IMG/VR virus record: IMGVR_UViG_3300021400_001148
Coordinates: 64,001 to 128,000 of that record
Strand: one strand, 5' to 3'
Length of the DNA: 64,000 nt
Source: a virus
Taxonomy: Duplodnaviria; Caudoviricetes
How positions within the stretch are numbered: position 1 is the stretch's first letter; each line of letters opens with the position of its first letter. A model generated the notes under the pieces. It made no database searches. It was not told the origin of the DNA and saw only the letters and a list, made by a program, of their open reading frames with translations. Below, piece after piece: positions 56,728-64,000 of the stretch. The translations under genes and the position numbers were made by a program.

Positions 56728-57264
56728 TGGTCCCTGCAGGACTTGAACCTGCGACCCACTGATTCGTACCACTATAGCTTTCGCTACCAAAATATTGGGT
56801 CTCCCACCCAAGAATCGCTTGTTACAGCTTATTTTGTTTGTGGTCTGGACTCTATCTTAACCATATTGAAATCTTGCAAGATATAAAGTATGACTTAATG
56901 CTGGGTCTCACAGCCATCGGCCACATAGGTTCTCTTTCCTCATACTCTATAATTTCAACTTAGGTTCCTCCTGTATAGTCTCTACACACTGTCTATAAAC
57001 TTAACCGTCTATTATCATTTAAGAAATTCGAACAACTTACAATTTCCATAGATAATATGGAGAACTTAATTTTTTACGGTTAAAGTTTAATAACATTGGC
57101 TCGGTATTAGCATGAGCGAGGTTCATCCATATGATGATTTTCTTAACCTTCTTTTAGCTTTAACCGAATTAGGGAGGTTCTACATCCGGAGTTTCCCCCG
57201 GTGCATACAATTTCTTTTTTCAAAGAACTAATCAGTTGCTCTGACCAACTGAGCTTAAGGGACC
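56728..57264 (-). tRNA. intron-split tRNA; anticodon uncertain, possibly degenerate
   Basis: 5' half GGTCCCT..AGCTCAGTTGGTCAGAGCAACTGA (57264-57232); 3' half AATCAGTGGGTCGCAGGTTCAAGTCCTGCAGGGACCA (56764-56728). Confidence 0.8.
56765..57228 (-). ncRNA. group I intron (IC3-like), no ORF
   Basis: Core elements P AATTCGG, Q AATACCGAGCC, R GTAGAGACTATA, S AAGATAGAGTCC; ACCAC/GTGGT pairing; terminal G. 5' boundary uncertain by a few nt. Confidence 0.85.
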
Positions 57265-57271
57265 ATCTATG

Positions 57272-57727
57272 TTACTCGCCGTCAGCGATGCGGTCGATGT
57301 ATCTTTCATTGTGTTCCGCCACACCGTTCGCTTTCCTGTCGAACTCCCTTATCTGGGAATAGAACTCGCCCAATACATCCTGAAGGTCGGCCAGCCTCTT
57401 CCTCAGGGACTTCACAGCATTCAGATAGGCATTCCTCTCGGCCTTGGCGCGGGAAATCCTCTTGCCCTTTTCCACATCGAAGGTATCCCCCGGGGCTACA
57501 GTAGCGTATCCTCTGGCAGTTCCAGTGACATCCCCACCCGTCATACGCTTTCCGTCAATCCATCCGTAAAAGTAAAGCCCCTCCATGATGTTGGTTATGG
57601 GACGAGGCAGTATCGCCTGATAATCGATGACAGTCACAACCAGATTCTTCTTCTCGTCGACATAAGTCTTGGGAGCGTAGGTCCGCAGCTTGATGCTGTT
57701 GCGGTTAAATTTGGTAAACTTCTTCAT
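57272..57727 (-). CDS. conserved phage hypothetical protein
   Basis: P.D.FDVEKGKRISRAKAE motif. Confidence 0.65.
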   Translation of the reverse strand: MKKFTKFNRNSIKLRTYAPKTYVDEKKNLVVTVIDYQAILPRPITNIMEGLYFYGWIDGKRMTGGDVTGTARGYATVAPGDTFDVEKGKRISRAKAERNAYLNAVKSLRKRLADLQDVLGEFYSQIREFDRKANGVAEHNERYIDRIADGE

Positions 57728-57754
57728 ATTTTTTCTCTTTTAAATTTCTTTCTG

Positions 57755-57797
57755 CAAATATACAAATAAATTCCGGAATAATGCCCAGAGTGGCGCA
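57755..57797 (-). promoter_or_regulatory. bipartite promoter
   Basis: TGCGCC and TATATTTG, 35-nt offset. Confidence 0.75.
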
Positions 57798-57900
57798 ATA
57801 TCGTACTCAAACGAGTCCTAAACCGCTTATATAGAGATGGTTATCATAGTTTTTGCACAATTTTCAAAGGGTATTATAACAGTGCAAATTACTATATTGT

Positions 57901-58146
57901 CTAGCAAACCCTTAGGATGGTAATGTTGAAAGGATTCGGCGATGTGCTCTTGACTGTCATGCTCTCCCCCGGGGAAAGAGCCTCAACCCTTTCCTGTGAA
58001 ACCCCGAGGACGAAGAAAGTCAGTTCATCCTCCCCCGGGGACACCGAGAGACTGGTCACCATAACTCCAGACGGGCCGTTCGGGGTCACGACAATATACT
58101 CCTTCCTCCCCTCTCCGTGGGACTGGAAATAAACATTCTCAATCAT
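57901..58146 (-). CDS. hypothetical protein
   Basis: 81-aa ORF. Confidence 0.55.
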   Translation of the reverse strand: MIENVYFQSHGEGRKEYIVVTPNGPSGVMVTSLSVSPGEDELTFFVLGVSQERVEALSPGESMTVKSTSPNPFNITILRVC

Positions 58147-58448
58147 AGTTCCTAGATTTTACGGTAACGGAAATCCACCCCGGGGTTTCGCTCCTCGAGT
58201 TGCTTCTTGATGGCCTGTGCGTCAGACCTCCAGTCACAGCAAGCAACCATTGTCCACTTGCCTGCATCGTCATTGTATCTGCTTACGATGTACATATTAA
58301 TACCTGTGCAAAATGGTTTCTTCGAAAGTTGCGTTGAGGCCCTGCCCCACCAGTCTGTAGTAGTAGTCCCTCGCGGTGGCATAGTCCTCAAATGTGGTGG
58401 GCTCATACCCGTCAGCGGTGCAGTCCACGAGATATCCGGTTACTGTCT

Positions 58449-58709
58449 TCATACCCACCTCCCCTTTGAATTGCGTCCGTATACCCTTTCCAGCATATAG
58501 ACATCGTCAAAGAGGTTCTCCGGCTTGTCCACTCCGTCACCTCGCAGGTCCGAGACTTTCTTTAGACGCCTCTTCAAAATACAGATGCCGGTGTTAACCA
58601 GATTTTTGTCAATCAGCCAGTCGGCATATACCTTTGCACCCTTCAGAGTGCTTTTGATGGCGTAGACGACACTGCCCGCGCCCTCAACCACATAAATGAA
58701 ATTGCCCAT
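58449..58709 (-). CDS. hypothetical protein
   Basis: AGGAGG upstream of the ATG. Confidence 0.6.
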   Translation of the reverse strand: MGNFIYVVEGAGSVVYAIKSTLKGAKVYADWLIDKNLVNTGICILKRRLKKVSDLRGDGVDKPENLFDDVYMLERVYGRNSKGRWV

Positions 58710-58801
58710 ATAGTTTCCTCCTTCTTTTAAGCCTCCGGGGGAAAATGGTACTCAGATGAGTCCGAGCCCCGGGGTATATGTAACATTTTTGTTTCTTACC
58801 G

Positions 58802-59035
58802 CTAAATATCCTCAACAATCTCCGCCCCGGCCATGCCATACCTGAGAAACTTTCCGTCAGACAGTATTCCGTCCCCGGGGAATTTCCCGTACTTCAAAGA
58901 CACATGTTTCCACAGTCGCCGGAGAAATACCTTTGCTTCCCCGATGGTGCGCAAGTGAACCCTGTCAGCGGTGCAGTATTCACGGAGGCGGGCTCTCTCC
59001 CACTCCGGCCCGCATAACTCTATCCTTGCCTTCAT
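58802..59035 (-). CDS. hypothetical protein
   Basis: Coupled ORF. Confidence 0.55.
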   Translation of the reverse strand: MKARIELCGPEWERARLREYCTADRVHLRTIGEAKVFLRRLWKHVSLKYGKFPGDGILSDGKFLRYGMAGAEIVEDI

Positions 59036-59298
59036 GCCACAATCCTCCCCCAGAGTTTTCTTACATCACCGGCACTCATCCTGCTCCAGTCCACGCCCCA
59101 CATCACATCAGAACCATACCAAGGTCTGCACTGCAAACCCAGGAGGTCACCGGCCCATACCATAGAATAGGCTTGAAACTTTGTGTGCTTGCGGTCTCTG
59201 AGCTGTTTCCCGAAATCCGCGACAACAGTCTCCACACCAGGCTGACAGCGAAGATGGTTCTCTATCTCCGCCACCATAATGTTTTTTGTAATCCTCAT
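59032..59298 (-). CDS. hypothetical protein
   Basis: Coupled ORF. Confidence 0.55.
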   Translation of the reverse strand: MRITKNIMVAEIENHLRCQPGVETVVADFGKQLRDRKHTKFQAYSMVWAGDLLGLQCRPWYGSDVMWGVDWSRMSAGDVRKLWGRIVA

Positions 59299-59299
59299 A

Positions 59300-59614
59300 T
59301 TATGAATACATTAAAGCCAGTACCTCGTCGGCAACCGTACCGAGGTCATAATAGATTTTCGTCCCGTCCATGCAGGTCAGCCACACCACCTCGCTCACAT
59401 CATCCCGAACCTGCCTCGCGATGTCCGCGGTCTTCTTGTCGAAGGCATAAAACGAGGTCGCTCCCCCGTGCCCGTCATTTGACACCCGTCCGATGGGCGT
59501 CCCGTCACAAACAAGTGTGGCAATGTAATCGCAGGTCTCTTCCGAGTGGATGCCGAACTCAACATCCCTCAAGGCGAACATATGCCCGCCAATGTACTTG
59601 AATCTCTTTTTCAT
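59300..59614 (-). CDS. conserved phage hypothetical protein
   Basis: SEET....A....DG..IG..SNDGHGG motif. Confidence 0.65.
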   Translation of the reverse strand: MKKRFKYIGGHMFALRDVEFGIHSEETCDYIATLVCDGTPIGRVSNDGHGGATSFYAFDKKTADIARQVRDDVSEVVWLTCMDGTKIYYDLGTVADEVLALMYS

Positions 59615-59633
59615 ATCTTGTTCTTCTTTGTTA

Positions 59634-59676
59634 CAAAGGTACAAAAAACTCTCCGGACTATGGCGGATTTGGCGCA
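59634..59676 (-). promoter_or_regulatory. bipartite promoter
   Basis: TGCGCC and TACCTTTG, 35-nt offset. Confidence 0.75.
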
Positions 59677-59920
59677 GCGTATGCGGATGTTACAAAAGTG
59701 GTGTTTACAAATGTAACATTCGAAAATGTAACATAAGTAATTGTTACAGAGGAAGTTATAAAAAAATATATTAAGTTACGAAAAAATTTTGAAACATCCC
59801 CCGGGGTAGGCGCAAGGAGGAAATGTCGGCACAAACAACTAATATAACAAAAAAATTTGGGACCCCCGGGGAGTTAGGCGCAAAAGTGGCAGCCCCGCTT
59901 GCGCCTAAAAAGAAAACGGG

Positions 59921-60115
59921 TCAGACCCGTTTCTTCTTCCGGCCGCGTGTTTTTTTCTCACTGCCTATTTCAGTTATTTTCTTTTTCTTCTCGTCCCATT
60001 TGTAGTGAGGGGTTTTGAAATAATCCAAACTTTTTTTATACCAATTTGGCAGGTTTGGCATCCGCCCGCACCCGACACGCAACATCGCATCGTTTATTTC
60101 CTTTTCAGTAAACAT
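59921..60115 (-). CDS. basic hypothetical protein
   Basis: K/R-rich tail. Confidence 0.5.
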   Translation of the reverse strand: MFTEKEINDAMLRVGCGRMPNLPNWYKKSLDYFKTPHYKWDEKKKKITEIGSEKKTRGRKKKRV

Positions 60116-60336
60116 TATTTTATCCTCCTTATTTTGCTTTCAGCCACCCTCAGAATTCCGTTGATACGGGAATCGTCCTCAACGAAGAATCCGATGTAAT
60201 CTTCATTTTTGTGTTCCTCTGCGTAGGCAACAGCATCGTCACCGGTTTTCTTTATATACAGCCAATAGTTTTCGGCCGGCAGGTTGTGATATCGCCTTGC
60301 AATATCAACCGCAGTGCGGACATTTGCTGTTATCAT
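60115..60336 (-). CDS. hypothetical protein
   Basis: Coupled ORF. Confidence 0.55.
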   Translation of the reverse strand: MITANVRTAVDIARRYHNLPAENYWLYIKKTGDDAVAYAEEHKNEDYIGFFVEDDSRINGILRVAESKIRRIK

Positions 60337-60896
60337 TTGACGTATTCAATTGATTCGGGAATATCAAGGGCGAAGTCCTCCGCATCCCAATACCTACCAT
60401 CTGACATGCCGTTGAGGAATTCAAGTTGCGCCTGCTCATAAATTTCCTTGTCTTCTTCGGGCCCAACAAACTTGAAGTGCTCGTCAAACTCCTCACCCCA
60501 TTCTGCAATTTCGCTCATATAGGGGTCGATAACCCTCTCGCATTCGAAAGAGAAATAGTTCTCATCATTCGCGGGGCAGAAGAAAGGATACTGGTCTTCC
60601 ATAGTCTCCCGTGCATGTTCCCAACATACAACATCGCCACTGTTTACGGTCCTGAACTCCGGGGCGTACTGGTAGACATAAACATTCTCGACAGACCACT
60701 CTTTCTCCTTGCTGAGCAGTTCCTCGTTGCAGGCCATACCGAAAAGGTCTTTCAATTCAGAGTCATTTGCCGGAACGGCTGAAAGAACGATATTGTCATC
60801 GGCCTGATTTCCGTCAATCCATTTTACCCTGCCGATAACCCCGTGGCGATAATCGTATACAAGTTCACCCTTTGTTAATTCATGATGTCTTTTCAT
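60333..60896 (-). CDS. acidic hypothetical protein
   Basis: Start after the promoter; YPFFCP..DEN.F.FE motif. Confidence 0.65.
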   Translation of the reverse strand: MKRHHELTKGELVYDYRHGVIGRVKWIDGNQADDNIVLSAVPANDSELKDLFGMACNEELLSKEKEWSVENVYVYQYAPEFRTVNSGDVVCWEHARETMEDQYPFFCPANDENYFSFECERVIDPYMSEIAEWGEEFDEHFKFVGPEEDKEIYEQAQLEFLNGMSDGRYWDAEDFALDIPESIEYVK

Positions 60897-60916
60897 AACT
60901 TTTTCCTTTTGTATTA

Positions 60917-61014
60917 CAAAGATAAGGAAAACATTTGATACTTTATTTGTTTTGGCGCAGCGAGGGCAGCCACCCTTGCGCCTAAAAGAAAATGGTACTC
61001 GTCTGAGTACCATT
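60917..61014 (-). promoter_or_regulatory. repeated junction: hairpin, GGCGCA..TGCGCC inverted repeat, promoter
   Basis: Related copies at 59876, 61773, 62490 and 63516. Confidence 0.75.
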
Positions 61015-61714
61015 ATCCCCATAGGTTGTGAGTAACTTCTTTCATCTTCTCGATACGAGGGCCCCAAGTCTTTTCAAATTCCGCGTTTTGATATTCATAT
61101 CCGCGGCGGAGAGACCTTGATGCCTGCATCCGTGATATGTAGGCCTCTTCGTTGGTTGTCTTATAAACCTTGTAGGGCTTGTTGGTGTTGAGGCGGCAGT
61201 CCCATGTGGTGACATCTGCTTTTTCCAGTGTACTCTGATTGAGCTTCACCACCCACTTGTGGTTACCATAGTCAAGCACACAGATATAGACTGTAGCCAT
61301 GGTCTTGCGCTGTTTGCGTTCAGCATCCCTTGCGACCATATCGGCATTCACCTTACAGTCCTGCCTTGAGTCGCACCGCTGAATATCCATCCCGTGTTTC
61401 TTACCCACAAGATACGCCTTGTTCTCCCACCGCCATCCGTGGTGTTCATAAGGCCAACCCATCACATTGCACCAAAGGTGGCACATTTCGTGCAGGAGCA
61501 CCTTGAGGTATTCCTTTTCAGGAACATCGTAGTAATCGGAAATCTTGATGGTGTGAATGCCATAGGCTTCCGGTTTGTGCTGGCCGAGCATATGATAGGT
61601 GTGAGTTATCTTAAACCTGATACGGCTGACAGGCGGGAGGTCATTGTTGAAATCTTCCGCATTGTATTTCTCGTACCAACTTTTAAGTGTGTCAATTGTG
61701 AGTTTGAATTGCAT
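61013..61714 (-). CDS. SprT-like zinc metalloprotease
   Basis: YN...F...LP...VLLHEMCH......HG..W. Confidence 0.8.
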   Translation of the reverse strand: MQFKLTIDTLKSWYEKYNAEDFNNDLPPVSRIRFKITHTYHMLGQHKPEAYGIHTIKISDYYDVPEKEYLKVLLHEMCHLWCNVMGWPYEHHGWRWENKAYLVGKKHGMDIQRCDSRQDCKVNADMVARDAERKQRKTMATVYICVLDYGNHKWVVKLNQSTLEKADVTTWDCRLNTNKPYKVYKTTNEEAYISRMQASRSLRRGYEYQNAEFEKTWGPRIEKMKEVTHNLWG

Positions 61715-61735
61715 AGTCCTTTTCTTTTTGTTACT

Positions 61736-61833
61736 CAAAGATACAAAAAAAAGTCCGAGACGTCCAAACATTAGGCGCAACCGCGGCAGCCACCCTTGCG
61801 CCTAAAAAAAAAATACGGGCCGAAACCCGTATG
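61736..61833 (-). promoter_or_regulatory. repeated junction with promoter (36-nt offset across an A run)
   Basis: ATACGGG/CCCGTAT hairpin, AGGCGCAA..TTGCGCCT and TATCTTTG. Confidence 0.75.
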
Positions 61834-61834
61834 T

Positions 61835-62428
61835 TTAAAACTCTTTCTGATAGTTGATTGCCACTTCCTTGTTTTCATCGTCGGTGGCATTTGCACACGC
61901 ATCGAAAATCAGCCAAGCAAGTTTGCGGTCGCGGGATGCAGTGCGGTGTTCCTCTTCAGTGTCATCCACAAACATCTCGTCCCACCACATATTGATTGCG
62001 GTGTCGCTGAGTTTTCTAAGTTGCTCCTTGATGCTTTCATCTTGTTTGAGCTCATCAATGTCAGCATCGCACGGACCGGAATGATATCCCTTTTCAATCT
62101 GTGCGGGGGTAAGGATGAGGTCAATAGGGAATGAGGAGCCACTTGAAACCATATAGGCAAGACCAAGACTCACGAGATAATCGTACTCTGTGATAACCTT
62201 TTCTTCGTGGTTATCATCCCCGAAAATGGTGTCAATTTGGGCGTCTTCCCTTGAGCCGTAGGCAACCCAATCCCCGTCCTTGTCCGCCCATTCAAACGCA
62301 CGGCCGGTCTTTTCGTTGATGATAACAAAATTGACTTTGGAATCCTCAATGTATTCGTTTATACTCTTACCGAGGCTATTTGCCTTGTCCTTGAGCAGTG
62401 TGTAAATTTTCTGTGAAAGTCCTAACAT
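61835..62428 (-). CDS. acidic hypothetical protein
   Basis: Start after the promoter. Confidence 0.65.
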   Translation of the reverse strand: MLGLSQKIYTLLKDKANSLGKSINEYIEDSKVNFVIINEKTGRAFEWADKDGDWVAYGSREDAQIDTIFGDDNHEEKVITEYDYLVSLGLAYMVSSGSSFPIDLILTPAQIEKGYHSGPCDADIDELKQDESIKEQLRKLSDTAINMWWDEMFVDDTEEEHRTASRDRKLAWLIFDACANATDDENKEVAINYQKEF

Positions 62429-62453
62429 GATTCTGTCCTTTTTGATTACATCA

Positions 62454-62550
62454 CAAAGATAGTATTTAATTTCGTGATGGTGTTGGATTAGGCGCAAAGC
62501 CGGCAGCCACCCCTGCGCCTAAAAGAAAACCCCGGTGTGCTCCGGGGTAT
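62454..62550 (-). promoter_or_regulatory. repeated junction with promoter
   Basis: ACCCGG/CCGGGGT hairpin, inverted repeat, TATCTTTG at 35-nt offset. Confidence 0.75.
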
Positions 62551-62553
62551 CCT

Positions 62554-63006
62554 CTATCGCATAAATTGGATGATGGTTTCAAGGTCGGTGTCATCAGCCA
62601 CCTTCATCAAATAATCATAGGAATATTTGTCCCAATCGAAATCGCTGAGGTAGACTTCTTCCGTGCCGTTGAAAATTTCCTTGTCCACCATTTCTTCCCA
62701 GTCCCGATAATAGAGGGCTTTCATAACCCAGCCGAGTTTATCCCAAGGGGCGGTGGCGAAAATCTTGTTTATTTTCTCGACAAGTTCGGGGTTGTGCCCG
62801 TTAGTGGTGTCCATTGCGTTGGAAATCCTTGTACAAGCAACCTGCCCAGAAGAAAGATTGTCAAAAATTTCGGCCTCGAAAAAAGTATCCCTTGAAGCAT
62901 CCACCATGTATCTTGCTTTCTCAATAGCATCACTCCTATTTTTTGCACTGACAATCTTATTTACCTGCGTGTTGTAAAAAAGTGTTACGCTGTAGAGTTG
63001 TTCCAT
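62554..63006 (-). CDS. acidic hypothetical protein
   Basis: 150-aa ORF. Confidence 0.6.
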   Translation of the reverse strand: MEQLYSVTLFYNTQVNKIVSAKNRSDAIEKARYMVDASRDTFFEAEIFDNLSSGQVACTRISNAMDTTNGHNPELVEKINKIFATAPWDKLGWVMKALYYRDWEEMVDKEIFNGTEEVYLSDFDWDKYSYDYLMKVADDTDLETIIQFMR

Positions 63007-63009
63007 TTT

Positions 63010-63303
63010 CTATTCCTCCTCTTCATCATTGTTTTCGTCTTCATCCTCATCTTCGTCCTGAGGGCCGTATTCATATTCTTCCCAGTTGTCGTAGCCGAGG
63101 TGCTGAGCAATGAAATTCCTTTCAAACCAAAGGAAATCATTGATTGCAGTTTTAGTCGGTGGTTCATCGCTATCGCAAAAGCATTCGTCAATGAACGATT
63201 CTACGGAATCCACATCGCCTTTTTCGATAAGAGTGTCGAGGGTGTCTCTTCCACCGCTCCAAGCCTCGAAGTGCTCAAGGTCTGTTTCCACCAAGTATTT
63301 CAT
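63010..63303 (-). CDS. very acidic conserved phage protein
   Basis: FEAWSGG.DTL...T.INDFLWFE and a D/E-rich tail. Confidence 0.65.
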   Translation of the reverse strand: MKYLVETDLEHFEAWSGGRDTLDTLIEKGDVDSVESFIDECFCDSDEPPTKTAINDFLWFERNFIAQHLGYDNWEEYEYGPQDEDEDEDENNDEEEE

Positions 63304-63479
63304 ATGCTTTTTACTGCTTTGATTAAACTTTTCTTAAAGTACTCCCGTGCGTATTTGGCAATAGCCTTTTTCTTCGCACTTGCAAGGTCTTTGGCCTCGA
63401 TGGTGTAGGTCTCGCAAGGCCCGTAGTGGTAATCCACAAAAATTTCGAATGTCTTCATATCTTGTTCCCTTTTGTATTA

Positions 63480-63580
63480 CAAATATAGTGAATGTATTTC
63501 AGAGATTGTCCGGCCAGGCGCAAAGTGGGCAGCCGACCTTGCGCCTAAAAGAAATGCCCCGGGAAAAGGAGCCCCGGGGC
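63480..63580 (-). promoter_or_regulatory. repeated junction with promoter
   Basis: GCCCCGGG/CCCGGGGC hairpin, inverted repeat, TATATTTG at 35-nt offset. Confidence 0.75.
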
Positions 63581-63600
63581 GAAACAAAAAGAACAAGACA

Positions 63601-63927
63601 TTACACTGTGTTCCAAATACTCCAGTGTATTTCATCATCGTATTTGAGGGCATCATTCCAGAGTTGCTCCAGATGGTGTGCCCAAGCCTGAAACTGCGGG
63701 GACATCGTTTCCAAATTCACTTTCCTGCCAAGAGAGACATTTGCAAAGGAATCAACATCACTCCAATTGCACCGGATTACACTTCCATCACTCGCCTGCG
63801 AACAGCCGACATAAGTTCCGGCAAGCCCCTCTCTCTTCCGAAGTTTTTTGTTGAGGGGAAAATAAAGGGAATATTCATCAACGTATCCCTCGTATTGTTT
63901 AGGTGCTCGGTAAAGTCTTATTTTCAT
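63601..63927 (-). CDS. hypothetical protein
   Basis: LGRKV......P motif; 108 aa. Confidence 0.6.
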   Translation of the reverse strand: MKIRLYRAPKQYEGYVDEYSLYFPLNKKLRKREGLAGTYVGCSQASDGSVIRCNWSDVDSFANVSLGRKVNLETMSPQFQAWAHHLEQLWNDALKYDDEIHWSIWNTV

Positions 63928-64000
63928 TTCTCAGTTGTCTTAAGTGGCAATAAATAAACTCAAGGTCATCGGTTGACAATTGTCCCATACCACACTGTCT

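Larger units (their letters stand above)
50061..59871. repeat. zone of highly iterated palindrome CCCCGGGG
   Basis: About 34 exact copies counted here, one more at 63572, versus about 2 seen in the first 50 kb (47529, 48314). Confidence 0.9.

Noticed and set aside
1-64000. TAG or TGA recoding (Lak-like alternative code)
   Set aside because: Long conserved genes are intact under code 11, and paralogs end at equivalent positions with TAG, TAA or TGA, followed by new starts.
1-64000. Bacterial chromosome or integrated prophage boundary
   Set aside because: No housekeeping operons, integrase or att site are seen; the content is phage-like throughout.

Overview
This window looks like 64 kb of a large (jumbo-type) tailed phage of a Bacteroidota host. 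The evidence is dense small genes, Bacteroidota-type TAnnTTTG promoter boxes, standard genetic code, and no bacterial housekeeping genes. It has four zones. (1) 1-31.1 kb, + strand: NADAR, radical SAM, a DNA amino-methyltransferase, a SAM methyltransferase, mgsA, a nucleotidyltransferase, two RNA ligases, RecD2 and a pentapeptide protein, embedded in arrays of about 10 multi-copy protein families with conserved ends and variable middles. (2) 31.2-42.3 kb, - strand: a tail-fibre/adhesin island with a ~1900-aa SHAEG-repeat protein, an NTFG-repeat protein, a Hint-domain protein and small adaptors; an IS200/IS605 TnpB/omegaRNA remnant borders it. (3) 42.6-50 kb, + strand: the paralog arrays resume. 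(4) 50-64 kb, mostly - strand and more GC-rich: DUF1599, a KptA/ART-like protein, zinc peptidases, an HNH nuclease, tRNA-Gln, a group I intron-split tRNA and small acidic early-type genes. The strongest unexplained signals are: about 35 exact CCCCGGGG palindromes almost all confined to 50-60 kb; a bipartite promoter with TGCGCC starting 35 nt before the TAnnTTTG box (15 of 16 copies at 35 nt, one at 36); three stacked promoters that appear to drive short non-coding RNAs; repeated terminator/inverted-repeat/promoter junctions; and short DNA motifs repeated at gene boundaries regardless of reading frame, which suggest cassette-like gene shuffling. All counts are manual, and family assignments come from motif recognition rather than database searches. 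A few homopolymer indels may be sequencing errors.
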